Part shown: piece after piece, positions 54,035 to 64,000 of the stretch
Layout: the number at the start of each line of letters is the position of its first letter
Position numbering within the stretch: position 1 is the stretch's first letter
Origin: a virus
Lineage: Duplodnaviria > Caudoviricetes
Length of the DNA: 64,000 nucleotides
IMG/VR virus record: IMGVR_UViG_3300015050_001523
Coordinates: 96,001 to 160,000 of that record
Direction: 5' to 3' (one strand)
Position numbers and translations under genes: made by a program
Notes under the pieces: generated by a model
Seen by the model: the letters and a program-made list of their open reading frames with translations, nothing else
Told to the model about the DNA's origin: nothing
Database searches by the model: none

Positions 54035-54302
54035 ATTGATTTATAGGATTTCGATGAATAACAAGCTTAACAGCTATAGAAATTAAGGGTTTAAGCAAAT
54101 TATAAAGCTCTACTTCATTTATATCTCCATGATAGTCTAGGAATATTTCGCCCTTTCCTATATTTGTGCTGAAAGAGTCAACTCTAACAAAGCTATTGGC
54201 CAAACTCAAAATATCTCTTTCAGATGATCTAGCAGATTCTACAATCTGCATATGCAATTTGCTGCATATTTTTATATTATTTAATATTGTATTTAATTTC
54301 AT
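54027..54302 (-). CDS. Hypothetical protein
   Basis: ORF in chain. Confidence 0.55.
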   Translation of the reverse strand: MKLNTILNNIKICSKLHMQIVESARSSERDILSLANSFVRVDSFSTNIGKGEIFLDYHGDINEVELYNLLKPLISIAVKLVIHRNPINQYE

Positions 54303-54657
54303 AATCTTTGGCTAATAATTTGTTTGTTAGATTAACATAATCCATAATACAATCAATATAATATTTGTTCCAAGCATGTATTTTATATTCTGTAAGAATT
54401 TTATTTAAATTATTCATATTCGCTTATTATTCTCCATCATTATTGAATTCAAACATTTTTCTTTCAAATATTTGTTCTTCCTCTTCAAACATTATCCTTT
54501 CTAATTCTCTATTAGTTTCTATGATCATTTTAAATAAAGCTTTATTTAAAATAAAATTATTAATTATATAATTTAAATTATTCATTTTTTGCTTTCTGTG
54601 TTTTGAGTGCATCAAGCATTGCATTGAATTGTTCCCCATTGATTGCTTGCTCCAATG

Positions 54658-55023
54658 TCAATTCTTCGGCGTAGAATCTCCATTCTTCAGAACTATCTTT
54701 TTTGGGGGTTCCCAAGCTCGCAGTTCCCAAGCTATCACTGTTTCCAGACCCTCTTCAGGATTGTCATCGCCTTGCCAAACTTCTAGAAGTCCATAGTTTG
54801 GAAAATTATCTAAAAAATAATAGGCAACCAATGTTGAATTGGCAGAATTATTTACCCTACTTGGAAGCTGTCCTGTATGAAGCTCGCAGAGAGAAATCAT
54901 AGCTCTAAATAAAGCAGCTTGTTTAGGAATGATTCGCGGAGTAAGCTCATCATAAGGTTTCTCAATCGCTTTTTGAATGCGGGCTTCAATTTCTGGCCAT
55001 GATAAAATTTTGTTTTTTTCCAT
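54658..55023 (-). CDS. Hypothetical protein
   Basis: ORF in chain. Confidence 0.65.
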   Translation of the reverse strand: MEKNKILSWPEIEARIQKAIEKPYDELTPRIIPKQAALFRAMISLCELHTGQLPSRVNNSANSTLVAYYFLDNFPNYGLLEVWQGDDNPEEGLETVIAWELRAWEPPKKIVLKNGDSTPKN

Positions 55024-55028
55024 AATTA

Positions 55029-55685
55029 TTATTCTTTATAAATTGATAGAAAGTGTTCTATAAGAGAATTGCTTAGCCAAAAGGATCGATCTTTTATTTT
55101 TTTGCCTTCCCAATAAATGCAAACAACATTTATTCCTGGAGTTATGCTGCTTGGCTTAATCATCCAAATAATGTCAGAACTTCCTCTCCATGAGACTTCA
55201 ACAATCCCTGATTCAAAACTAATATCAGCTTCAAGTCTTGGATTCTCATATAAGGCCATCCTAATAAGTCTTGCTGTTTGGCGAACTAAATTTTTTGATG
55301 CACCTTTTGATTTCATATCTTCAAGAGCTGAAGTCAGGGTTGGCGGAGTTTCTCCCATTTTTGGTTCTGGAATGTCACGAACTTGAATTCTAATCTTTGC
55401 TTCAATATTATCTAGCCAGCGCTTTTGATATCGGGCAATAAATTCAAGGAGAAATAGGCTTAAATGCTTCATAAAATAAGATTTTTTATATTTTTTGGAT
55501 TTGAAAGAATTGTTTGGTATAGGACGCGAAACTGCATATGAATGACTTCCTTGTCGTTCGATAACCGTTACTTCCATTATCCGATCTGGAGAGTTTAAAT
55601 CTCTCATCGCCTTTTGAACCGTTTCAAGCGCTTGTTTTTTTGTTCTTCGATGCTTCATGACGACGCCCTCGCTGTTTTTCTTCAA
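55029..55685 (-). CDS. Hypothetical protein
   Basis: ORF in chain. Confidence 0.65.
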   Translation of the reverse strand: MKKNSEGVVMKHRRTKKQALETVQKAMRDLNSPDRIMEVTVIERQGSHSYAVSRPIPNNSFKSKKYKKSYFMKHLSLFLLEFIARYQKRWLDNIEAKIRIQVRDIPEPKMGETPPTLTSALEDMKSKGASKNLVRQTARLIRMALYENPRLEADISFESGIVEVSWRGSSDIIWMIKPSSITPGINVVCIYWEGKKIKDRSFWLSNSLIEHFLSIYKE

Positions 55686-55956
55686 TCTCTATAAGACGTT
55701 CAATATTTGCTATTGTTCTTTTTATTTGCGATACAAAATATTTGTCTTCTGAGAAGATTTGAATTAATGGTTCAAATGACTTAATTTCGGCTTGTCGACT
55801 TTCTTTTGTTGGGCGCTTTGTCAGGCATACTAGACAAGATTCATTATTTCCAATATAACTTCCACATGCTCCGCAAGAACAATTTATGCAACAAACATCC
55901 TCATCTATTGGTTCATTACAAGTTTGGCAATAAAGTTGTTTTTGTTTTTTGGTCAT
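55624..55956 (-). CDS. Cys-rich hypothetical protein
   Basis: CQTC..CCINCSCGAC..CLVC. Confidence 0.6.
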   Translation of the reverse strand: MTKKQKQLYCQTCNEPIDEDVCCINCSCGACGSYIGNNESCLVCLTKRPTKESRQAEIKSFEPLIQIFSEDKYFVSQIKRTIANIERLIEIEEKQRGRRHEASKNKKTSA

Positions 55957-56354
55957 TTTATTTCCATATTGTATGGAAGTGAAATAAAATCATCGGTTCC
56001 AGGCATCCATTCAGAGAAATTTTCAGGTTCGCAACTATCTACAATATCAAGCATACAAATAGAATTATTAGAAATTAATTCTTCAATTCCAAGAATTAAA
56101 CGATTCCATGTATCATTAAATGGATATGTATCATCATTTTTGGTTGATGCCCATGCAACTGGGGTTCTAGAGTGTGTAATAAATGTAGGATACCCTTGAT
56201 TATTTAAAATTCCATAAAGAGCTGGGCCAACCTTGAGTGGATTCTCTTCTTTTGGATGTATAATATATGTTGGAAAAGGTGCTCCGCCTCTAACAACCTT
56301 AGTAAATTGTAAATTTCTATCCATCATTTCTAAGTTCTCTCCATCTTTCTTCAA
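55953..56354 (-). CDS. Hypothetical protein
   Basis: ORF in chain. Confidence 0.6.
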   Translation of the reverse strand: MKKDGENLEMMDRNLQFTKVVRGGAPFPTYIIHPKEENPLKVGPALYGILNNQGYPTFITHSRTPVAWASTKNDDTYPFNDTWNRLILGIEELISNNSICMLDIVDSCEPENFSEWMPGTDDFISLPYNMEIK

Positions 56355-57048
56355 TCATTCTTGCGTAAAGAATACTTCCTATTCCATAATTCCCTAATGA
56401 ATATGAATCATTTACTTCAACAAGAACAGTTTTTCCATCTTTAGTTACTCCAACATCAATTGATCCAGATACAGGTTTTTCTTTATATGATTTAAAAATT
56501 TCTTCAATAATTTTTCTATCAGGAAAAATTAAAGAATCTCCATGATAATGTTTGCATCCGACAATTTCATTTTTTAAAAAATAAACTCTGTACTCCGATT
56601 TAAATTCTAAGCATTCACTAATATAAATTTCAGTTCCCTTTTTCAAATGTGCAACCTGCAATAAATCTAAAAAAGATGAAAAAACAAATCCTTTAAATTC
56701 TTTTTCTTTGACTGGTTTTAGAAAAAAAGGTTTAATATTTTCATTATTTGCTTCTTGCCTTGCAAAATCAATTGTTGATTTTTCTATTTTTCTATGAAGA
56801 AATTTTTCCAATGATTCTGGGTAATTCATTTCTTTTGGTTGTGGAATTCCCATTTTTGTCATGGCATCTAAAACAATTGGAATTCCCCCAAATAAAATAT
56901 CATCTTTTTCATATTCAAAATTTGGAGCTTGAAGTTCTTTAATCTCAAAAGGAATTACCTCATAGCCTAAAATATCAAATCCTTTTGAGGCATGAAATGA
57001 ATTTATTGTCATATCATTTCCTTGCACATGTTGAATATATGCCTTCAT
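56317..57048 (-). CDS. ATP-grasp domain protein (DUF4343/R2K-like)
   Basis: FFLKPVKEKEFKGFV..SEYRVYF..IDVGV..LVEVNDSYSLGNYG. Confidence 0.85.
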   Translation of the reverse strand: MKAYIQHVQGNDMTINSFHASKGFDILGYEVIPFEIKELQAPNFEYEKDDILFGGIPIVLDAMTKMGIPQPKEMNYPESLEKFLHRKIEKSTIDFARQEANNENIKPFFLKPVKEKEFKGFVFSSFLDLLQVAHLKKGTEIYISECLEFKSEYRVYFLKNEIVGCKHYHGDSLIFPDRKIIEEIFKSYKEKPVSGSIDVGVTKDGKTVLVEVNDSYSLGNYGIGSILYARMIEERWRELRNDG

Positions 57049-57081
57049 GATTTGATGTGCCTTTGTAATGATTTTGAATTT

Positions 57082-57567
57082 CTATCCATAACACCTATTA
57101 ACAGATGGGTTAGTTCGTTTTCCGATAGAGATTGCTTGATCTATAAGTGCAGCCACCCATTTTTCTTTTTCTTCGGGGTTGTCTACGTTGCCATATATTA
57201 CATATCCAGAAATATATGAGATCAGATCACTACGCTCTTCGTCCAGTCCTGCCTGATATTCAAATGGAAATTGCACATGTAAAGGAAGGTTTGTAATTTG
57301 GCTTTTTGGCACTGGCTGTGCATCATCCCGCTGTCGCTCAAGATCGAGACACCCCATTTCAAGAGGGCAAAAGTCTGGGAAGTCATGACCTTTACGTTTT
57401 TCTCTATCCCACTCTACATAACCTGCAACAATTTTTCGAGGGGTAACTGCATTGCAATAATAATCAATTGCATAACCTGCTCCTGGTGTTTTCTCCTCCG
57501 AAATATGTTGGCATTGATGACAATTGGTAATTTTATTAATTCTAATTTGTTTATTCATAGGAGTCAA
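57082..57567 (-). CDS. Hypothetical protein
   Basis: CHQCQH..C..PDFCPL. Confidence 0.65.
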   Translation of the reverse strand: MTPMNKQIRINKITNCHQCQHISEEKTPGAGYAIDYYCNAVTPRKIVAGYVEWDREKRKGHDFPDFCPLEMGCLDLERQRDDAQPVPKSQITNLPLHVQFPFEYQAGLDEERSDLISYISGYVIYGNVDNPEEKEKWVAALIDQAISIGKRTNPSVNRCYG

Positions 57568-58421
57568 ATAATTTCAATAACATGAAATGCTTTTGGTTGT
57601 ATTATTTCAATCTTAGATCTTATAATAGAATGCAAGCTATCATTAGGATTTGAAGATTTACATAAATAAATTGAATAAATGTTCATAAGAATAGATGGAC
57701 TTAAAAATGATTTTCCTCTTTGCGCTAAAATAATTTTTTCTTTAGGCAAGAATGGAGAATGCTCTGCTTCTATTTTTATAAAATTAGTAATAATTTGAGT
57801 ATTGATTATTTTACAGATTTCTTTTGATTCCGAAAAAACAGTAACTTTATCTGAATTATGTGTCCGTGAATAAATTGCAGATGCAGCCCTAATAACTGTT
57901 TCTTTTATATTTTTTATATCAGAATTATATATAAAATTATTTTCTGCACAAATATGCAACATATTAAAAAATAATTCGTGGTCAATTTCTATAGCTATTT
58001 GCTCAAGGAATGAATCAAAAATATCAGATTCACATTCTCCATGAATGCTTATTATTTCATTTAGTGAATTCTCTGACAAAAAACGTGCTTTTAAATGTTT
58101 TGATTGAGCTATTATATTTTTTTGTTTTAAATCAAAATTTATTTCAGGAACTCCATTATTTAAAACTGGTTCAGATAATGAATTCCAAAATAAAGTTCCT
58201 GAAGGACTTTTCATAGCTCCAATATAGCATCCTTTAGAGCTAATCATTTTTGACCACATAGTTTCTAAATTTTTTTCATCTGATAATTTTAATTGCATCT
58301 TTAAAGCATAATCAGAGTAATAATCTTTTATTCTTTCAGAATAAATTCTATTATTTTCAGATACAATTTTCCATGGCTCATCATAAATTATTTTTTGTTC
58401 TTCTGTATTTATTACATTCAT
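57564..58421 (-). CDS. Truncated, divergent T4 gp23-like major capsid paralog
   Basis: MKSPSGTLF, FDLKQKNIIAQSKHLKARF and SIHG..EQIAIEIDHEL match gp23 motifs MTGPTGLIF, F.IEK.TVTAKSR.LKA and AIHGLD..EI..EI.RE. Confidence 0.65.
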   Translation of the reverse strand: MNVINTEEQKIIYDEPWKIVSENNRIYSERIKDYYSDYALKMQLKLSDEKNLETMWSKMISSKGCYIGAMKSPSGTLFWNSLSEPVLNNGVPEINFDLKQKNIIAQSKHLKARFLSENSLNEIISIHGECESDIFDSFLEQIAIEIDHELFFNMLHICAENNFIYNSDIKNIKETVIRAASAIYSRTHNSDKVTVFSESKEICKIINTQIITNFIKIEAEHSPFLPKEKIILAQRGKSFLSPSILMNIYSIYLCKSSNPNDSLHSIIRSKIEIIQPKAFHVIEII

Positions 58422-58432
58422 AAATTACTCTT

Positions 58433-58699
58433 TTAGAAATTTTCGTCATAGAATTTGTCATATGCAAATCTTTTTAAGGATTCATATACAGGTTTGCGCA
58501 TCAAAGGATGTGGAATTGCTTTTCCATTTTTCCATCGATTTACTGTAGATCTAGAAACTGCCAAACTATTAGCAAAAACTATATCTTCCAAATTAAGATC
58601 TTGCATAGTTTGTGAAACACATTCTTTAAAAAGATCGTCATCTGTTAGATTAAATTGAGCATATTCAATTCTATTTTTAATTTCATTAAAATTATCCAT
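58433..58699 (-). CDS. XRE-family HTH protein
   Basis: FANSLAVSRSTVNRWKNGKAIP. Confidence 0.8.
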   Translation of the reverse strand: MDNFNEIKNRIEYAQFNLTDDDLFKECVSQTMQDLNLEDIVFANSLAVSRSTVNRWKNGKAIPHPLMRKPVYESLKRFAYDKFYDENF

Positions 58700-58720
58700 T
58701 TTTGCCTTGATGAAAATATA

Positions 58721-59140
58721 TTATTTGTCTTTTATCTGGGAAAGTAGCTCTCGCTCTGTTGGTTCATTTCGCATAAACCAAGCCATCCAACCACAAAGAA
58801 CAGTGGTAAACCCATATAATCCAACAACCCACAATTTATCGTTAGAATGATCAAATATACACATAATATTAGCGACGGCACATAGCAAGAACATGTAGAA
58901 TGGAGTTATTCTTTTCATCAAGAGCAGGATAGAGATCGCTATCAAGGCGCCGAATCCAATCCATCCCAATACTGTTAGAGGTCCTAAAATCCCCAACGAG
59001 ATGAGTAGTAGTTCGATTATTGTACTTACTAAAAAGACGAATTTATAAAATTGAAAGGAATCAAGGAGTGAATCCGCTACAGAATTACTTTTTGACGACA
59101 TTGTGGGTTCTTGTATAATATTCATTAATTCGATATCCAT
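58721..59140 (-). CDS. Integral membrane protein
   Basis: Four hydrophobic segments. Confidence 0.7.
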   Translation of the reverse strand: MDIELMNIIQEPTMSSKSNSVADSLLDSFQFYKFVFLVSTIIELLLISLGILGPLTVLGWIGFGALIAISILLLMKRITPFYMFLLCAVANIMCIFDHSNDKLWVVGLYGFTTVLCGWMAWFMRNEPTERELLSQIKDK

Positions 59141-59142
59141 AC

Positions 59143-60039
59143 TTAATAATCTATTTCCCCATCATCATAATGGCTGTCGTCGTCGTCATCATAGTCACTA
59201 TAGTCATCATCATAATTGTCATCATTGTCATCATCATTGTCATATTCTTCAGAACTATCATCATATTCAGATGTATATGTGTCATCAAGTGCTCTTTCAA
59301 ATTCGGCAACCACTTTATATTTACAGGTTCTTAGTTTCTGATGTTCGCAATCAACTGGGATGCTAACAACATCAGCAGGATTGATTTCTACAATAACAAC
59401 TTTACCACCTCTTCCTGCAAACTCTTGTGCATAAGACAAACTCCCAGCATGCATTCCTGTAGAGCAGCCAATACTGCTATCATCACAAACCTGAGTCCTA
59501 ACACATTCAATCTCTTCTCCTATACCATTATAGATTTGGCCACCTTCATTAACTTTTCCAGAAAGAAGCGTAAGGTTTCCAGAGCGAATACTCCAATAAT
59601 CATCTGTTAGTCCTTTATAAGCCAAAAAGTTTCCATTTGGAATTATTGGCATATTTTTATGTTCAAGGAATTTGTATAATTCATCAATTGCCCTTCTTGA
59701 AGGATTACTTAATAGTTTTTCAAGGAATCTAACAATTGTTTCAAAGGGCAAGTTTTTAGCATAGAATTCAAGAATTCTATCAACAACAACACCGCCTATT
59801 GAAACTCCTTTATATAAAAGGTTTCCTCTTTCAATTGAAATATTTCCATTTGAATATTTCATAATCGAATTGGCAGTATCTAACAGTCTTGGAATTAATT
59901 CTTCATTTTTTTCATTAATTGCATCCAGGATCTCAGACCATTTTGGATGAGATGAATTGGCACTATATGTTTTTGATTCTCCATTTTCATCAATGATAAG
60001 AATGGTTAGATTGTTGTTTGTTAGTGATGTAGTTATCAT
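59143..60039 (-). CDS. rIIB: rIIB-like protein with acidic low-complexity tail
   Basis: GNFLAYKG..CSTGMHAGSLSYA..VEINPADVVSIP.DC..KLRTCKYKVV; follows rIIA. Confidence 0.85.
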   Translation of the reverse strand: MITTSLTNNNLTILIIDENGESKTYSANSSHPKWSEILDAINEKNEELIPRLLDTANSIMKYSNGNISIERGNLLYKGVSIGGVVVDRILEFYAKNLPFETIVRFLEKLLSNPSRRAIDELYKFLEHKNMPIIPNGNFLAYKGLTDDYWSIRSGNLTLLSGKVNEGGQIYNGIGEEIECVRTQVCDDSSIGCSTGMHAGSLSYAQEFAGRGGKVVIVEINPADVVSIPVDCEHQKLRTCKYKVVAEFERALDDTYTSEYDDSSEEYDNDDDNDDNYDDDYSDYDDDDDSHYDDGEIDY

Positions 60040-60057
60040 GGATTTTTCTCTTCCTAT

Positions 60058-62361
60058 TTAAGCGCTCTTCATAAGAGTTTGGTCTAAAGTATTATCTTTT
60101 TCCTTATAAGACTTTATAGAATTCATATCTTCAATATAGTCTATAATAATTTTATCAAAACCATCAAGGATACCATATGGTTTATTGAAGTAACCAATCA
60201 TTGGATAGGTTGTTTTTATATCTAAAAAGCATTTTTTAAGCCTTTTGTAATATTCATTGTTTTTTATTTCTTGATTTGTAATTTTCATTCTATGAAGTAT
60301 AGAATGAAAATTGTTTTCTTGCAATTTTTTTATTGCTCCATTTATTATACTACTTTTTATAGTGAAAAAATCATTAAATGGACCATCTTTACAATTAGGA
60401 TTTTTTAAGATCTCATTTAATATTTTTTCATTTTCCAAAATAAATGACAAACATTTTGCAGAATCGACCAATTTCATTGCTTCACGAAAAACCCCATAAT
60501 CTAAAAAGCTTTGAAGCTTCAGAAGATTGTCTAGTCCTTCATCAACATATTGAGAGACTTCAGTCCAATTTTTTTCATTGTCTTTAAAGTCTTTAGATTG
60601 CATTATCTTTTGTCCAAAAATATAAATTTTATTTAAAGCAACATCATTTGATAATATTTTATAACAATCAATATTTTTTCTAATAGAACCAATATCAGTT
60701 CCAAAAACACTATCAAATTGACCATTGGCCTTTTTAATATAAAATCCTTTTTCTGCCTTTAAATCCAATTTAGATTGGAAAAATGATTCTGTTGTTTCAT
60801 ATTTTTTTGAGAATTCAAAACCAGACACATCATTTATAACATTTGGAATTTTTATTACTTTTGCTTTTTTATTATTTTCTTGTTTATTTGATTTAAGTCC
60901 GCGACGCGATTTTAGAGTTTCATGCAAATCGCTATATTTTATCATTGGATAAGTTCCAATTTCGCCTTCCAAAACCTTCTTTTTGGTTTCTTCGCTTTGA
61001 AACTTTATAACATAAACAAACTTTATTTCATCATTTTCTTCAAAAATTAGCTCAGCAGCTTTCTTTTCTCCTATTTTTCTAGAGTCCATTAGGAGAAACT
61101 TTTTTTCTTCTGAACAAAGAATATTATCGACACCAGACTTAGCCGATTTTTGTTTTATTTTATCGCCGGTATTCTCATAAAGAAAACACCATCTTTCTCT
61201 TCTATTAGATGCAGAAATGTCAAGGTATTCTTGATTTATTAATTTATCTGCCCATATTATTTTTATATGCTTGCACAAGCGGCGCAAATTATAATTTCCA
61301 TTATTTGAAAATAATTTTCCATACAAACTTCTTGCTTCAAATAAGTTTTTGCAATTTTTAAATTGTTTAGAAATGTTTGTTTTAAATTCTGCAAACACTT
61401 CTAATATAAGATCTTTTATTACTTTTTTTGTATGATCTGTATATTGTAAACTTTCTCGACTTGGAGAAAATTGCACCGAACCTATTGGGACTTGTAAAAT
61501 AAAACTTTCTGATCTAAGATATAATATAAAATCACTTATTTCTTCATTCCAATCAATTGCACTTGAAAAGCAAGTATTCCAATCAATTGGATATGGGGTA
61601 TTTCCCATAACTGCATAACTTTTTTGATCTACTGAATAATAAGAATTATATGATTGTTTTGAAGCGGAAATTTCCCAATTGCTTCCTGAAAATAAGATTT
61701 CTTTTTTCTTAAGAAGTTGTTCTTCTTCTTCTTTATTAAAGTTTACATCTGGCATTACGCGCCAGAACTTAAAAAAGTTTAAAGCTGTTTTTCTTACAGT
61801 CTCAACGTCGGCTAATTTTATATTAATTACAATTTCAATGCCAGGCAAGTCATCTTTTCCCATTTGACTTGAATGCATTACAATAAGAGAACCTACACTA
61901 TCTTCGCCGATGGCACAATTATAAACCGTTTTAATCCCAGAATTGAAGCTGGTGACTATAAAATTATCTGTATAACAAAAGCCGGCCTTGCTTCCGATTC
62001 CCATTTGGCCAATTGCATCATTTGTATTTCTTTTTGTAGATTCCCCATAACTAATAAAAGTATCTACTATTTCTTGTCGATTTAGCCCATTTCCATAGTC
62101 TCTAATTTTTAGACTTTGGTCAAATTTATTTGGAAGAGAAACAGATATCGGCCAATCTTTTTTTCCCGCTTCTACATTTGCATCATGGGCATTACAAGAA
62201 TATTCTCTAATAATTGCCAAGATTTTGTCTGAATAAACATCATTTCTAAGCAATCCAATGAGAATCGGAAGATTTTTGGCCTTAATTCCAAAGCTATGAT
62301 TTTCAAGCTCGCTTGAATTTGTAATAGTTTGGATTTCTTCAGAAGATTTAATTATTTTCAT
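60058..62361 (-). CDS. rIIA: rIIA-like protein (N-terminal GHKL ATPase)
   Basis: VYSDKILAIIREYSCNAHDA, IRDYGNGL, YGESTKR, IGQMGIGSKAGF.YTD.F. Confidence 0.88.
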   Translation of the reverse strand: MKIIKSSEEIQTITNSSELENHSFGIKAKNLPILIGLLRNDVYSDKILAIIREYSCNAHDANVEAGKKDWPISVSLPNKFDQSLKIRDYGNGLNRQEIVDTFISYGESTKRNTNDAIGQMGIGSKAGFCYTDNFIVTSFNSGIKTVYNCAIGEDSVGSLIVMHSSQMGKDDLPGIEIVINIKLADVETVRKTALNFFKFWRVMPDVNFNKEEEEQLLKKKEILFSGSNWEISASKQSYNSYYSVDQKSYAVMGNTPYPIDWNTCFSSAIDWNEEISDFILYLRSESFILQVPIGSVQFSPSRESLQYTDHTKKVIKDLILEVFAEFKTNISKQFKNCKNLFEARSLYGKLFSNNGNYNLRRLCKHIKIIWADKLINQEYLDISASNRRERWCFLYENTGDKIKQKSAKSGVDNILCSEEKKFLLMDSRKIGEKKAAELIFEENDEIKFVYVIKFQSEETKKKVLEGEIGTYPMIKYSDLHETLKSRRGLKSNKQENNKKAKVIKIPNVINDVSGFEFSKKYETTESFFQSKLDLKAEKGFYIKKANGQFDSVFGTDIGSIRKNIDCYKILSNDVALNKIYIFGQKIMQSKDFKDNEKNWTEVSQYVDEGLDNLLKLQSFLDYGVFREAMKLVDSAKCLSFILENEKILNEILKNPNCKDGPFNDFFTIKSSIINGAIKKLQENNFHSILHRMKITNQEIKNNEYYKRLKKCFLDIKTTYPMIGYFNKPYGILDGFDKIIIDYIEDMNSIKSYKEKDNTLDQTLMKSA

Positions 62362-62561
62362 TTATATTCCTTTCAAGAAATACGAACAATACATAACATA
62401 TAAAAGCAAAGAAGTTGATAGTCCATAAACTGTGAGAAGGTTGCGGCGGCCAGTTAAGACCCAGACAACCAGCACAAATTGCGCAAAGATGATCGGAGCT
62501 GTAATAATTTGATGAAGAGTTAGTGTTATGTTCATAAAATATGTTTCTCTGCTTTTATATC

Positions 62562-62840
62562 TTATAGATCTGCATACTCACAATCTAGCACAGAGTTACC
62601 TAAAGTGCAAGTACAAACTGTCAGCATGCATCGTGGTGCAGAATAATTGACCAACTTGGCATTTGCTAGCCATCTATCATGTTTTCGGATAGTATCAACA
62701 AAAATGGATTCTGGGATTGTTTGGCCAAGCAAATTATCTAACATTATGGCAGCAGTTCGAGCCCGAAATTCTATTTCGAATTTAGGCATTGATTCTTTTC
62801 TATCTGACCACCTTTGTTCACGGTTAGATTTAGTCATCAT
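62562..62840 (-). CDS. Hypothetical protein
   Basis: ORF in chain. Confidence 0.55.
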   Translation of the reverse strand: MMTKSNREQRWSDRKESMPKFEIEFRARTAAIMLDNLLGQTIPESIFVDTIRKHDRWLANAKLVNYSAPRCMLTVCTCTLGNSVLDCEYADL

Positions 62841-63450
62841 TTGATATCATTTCCATATATTCTTCATCCATATAAGAATTTAATGCATCTTTTATATGGC
62901 CACGAGCTACCGAATATCCAACATCAAGACCTGAATTATATTCAGAATCAGGATCAGCACCAGGATCAAGACGTAATTCTTTGATTATATTATTGAGAAT
63001 TTTTTTAATATTTTCTAAATAAGAATTGGAATTTTGTGCTTCTTCTTTAACATTGGCTATTTCTTTTTTTAATTCTTCATTTTCTTTTTTTAATTCTTCA
63101 TTTTCTCTTTCAAGACCTTCAGGAAATATTTCTGTTTTGAAATTTGACAAAATATAATTTATAGATTTTCTCCTTTCAATTTCTTTCCAATAATTTTCTT
63201 TGGAAAAGTTTTTTCCATTTAGATAATAACTTTCAGGCTCTGATTTGTCCCCATATTCACAAGCAGGTCCGTCTTCTCTATGAAGAAGATCATTGATGTA
63301 CCAAAATTTATTTCCAACTGTATTTTCAACAGCAGGTCCATCTTCTCTATGAAATTTATCATTTAAATAGTAAATTTTTGTTTTCCATTCATTAATAATT
63401 AATCCATTTTTCATATTTATTTCCTTAAGCTCTAATATCATGCCATTCAA
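62830..63450 (-). CDS. HREDGPA-repeat protein fused to a coiled coil
   Basis: Two repeats, YWKEIERRKSINYILSN, then ENEELKKENEELKKE. Confidence 0.8.
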   Translation of the reverse strand: MNGMILELKEINMKNGLIINEWKTKIYYLNDKFHREDGPAVENTVGNKFWYINDLLHREDGPACEYGDKSEPESYYLNGKNFSKENYWKEIERRKSINYILSNFKTEIFPEGLERENEELKKENEELKKEIANVKEEAQNSNSYLENIKKILNNIIKELRLDPGADPDSEYNSGLDVGYSVARGHIKDALNSYMDEEYMEMISNDD

Positions 63451-63700
63451 CTTTTTGAAGAGGTTCGACTTTGAAGGTTTTAATCATCTCCATAACACAT
63501 TTTTCACAGAGTGAAAAGGTAAAAGAATTCATGTCTCCTATAAATTTAGAAAAATAACCTCCACGAACACAAACTTCTATTAATCCATCATATTCTCCAA
63601 ATTCAATATCTGTTTTACAGGATTCTCCGCATTTATTACAAATAATATCTTTAATGACTGTAATAGTTTCTGTTATTGTTTCTTCTTTTGTTATTTTCAT
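63425..63700 (-). CDS. Zn-binding hypothetical protein
   Basis: CNKCGESC..FSLCEKC. Confidence 0.7.
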   Translation of the reverse strand: MKITKEETITETITVIKDIICNKCGESCKTDIEFGEYDGLIEVCVRGGYFSKFIGDMNSFTFSLCEKCVMEMIKTFKVEPLQKVEWHDIRA

Positions 63701-63703
63701 AAA

Positions 63704-64000
63704 TTAGTCTACGGCATTCCACGCATTTTCTTCCGCTTTGCGAGCAGCTTCATATTCAATAGCGGCTGCAACTCGTTCGGTGGTTGGTATGCTGGACATG
63801 GAAAGATCTTGTGCGCGACACTTGGCTTGTGCCCTGCGAGCGCGAAGAGTGGCCTCTTCGGCAACATTAAGAATCTCATTGTCATGACGAAATGATGAAA
63901 TATTTTCTAATATATTTACATTTGTTTTTGTATCATAACAAATTAGTTCAATTTTACATCTAAGAACCTTGCAATTATTTGCTTCTATTTGAGAAACAAT
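63704..64000 (-). CDS. Hypothetical protein (3' part; start outside the window)
   Basis: Open frame from 64000 to the stop at 63704 (..ARKAEENAWNAVD). Confidence 0.6.
   Translation of the reverse strand: MVSQIEANNCKVLRCKIELICYDTKTNVNILENISSFRHDNEILNVAEEATLRARRAQAKCRAQDLSMSSIPTTERVAAAIEYEAARKAEENAWNAVD

Noticed and set aside
1091-63450. Diversity-generating retroelement acting on the HREDGPA paralogs
   Set aside because: No reverse transcriptase, Avd or template/variable repeat pair with adenine-specific differences is visible in this window.
1-64000. Stop-codon reassignment (alternative genetic code)
   Set aside because: Standard-code ORFs tile the coding regions densely and known proteins (UvsE, rIIA, rIIB) are full length.

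Overview
A 64-kb segment of a large lytic dsDNA phage (T4-like/jumbo myovirus character: rIIA, rIIB, a truncated gp23-like capsid paralog, UV-damage endonuclease, 7 canonical tRNAs). No rRNA, CRISPR array, integrase or reverse transcriptase is visible. There are four zones. (1) 1-28.4 kb: AT-rich, almost all minus-strand small ORFs plus tRNA clusters with abutting unusual structured RNAs. (2) 28.4-45.9 kb: a GC-richer array of about 25-30 one- or two-gene cassettes in both orientations. They are separated by a conserved ~140-bp element: terminator hairpin GGGCGCATAAAGCGCCC, palindrome TTATTAATTAATAA flanked by TGCAT/ATGCA, bulged hairpin ATGCC-AA-GCGCC-AAA-GGCGC-GGCAT, A-tract, then a TTGCAT-N16-TATCAT-type promoter that usually fires a leaderless ORF or a tRNA-like RNA. 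The array encodes an AT-hook/HTH/acidic-tail protein and an HTH-AAA+ ATPase at its left edge. (3) 45.7-48.6 kb: a ~3-kb non-coding, repeat-rich, skew-switching region with a four-tract C-run (G-quadruplex motif on the minus strand), a possible terminus or origin. (4) 48.6-64 kb: AT-rich minus-strand genes ending in rIIA/rIIB. The strongest candidates for undescribed biology are the promoter/terminator cassette array with its putative cognate regulator, five atypical tRNA-like RNAs, a conserved inter-tRNA hairpin RNA and a structured RNA with a tandemly amplified hairpin module. All functional calls come from motif recognition by eye; no database searches or folding programs were run.
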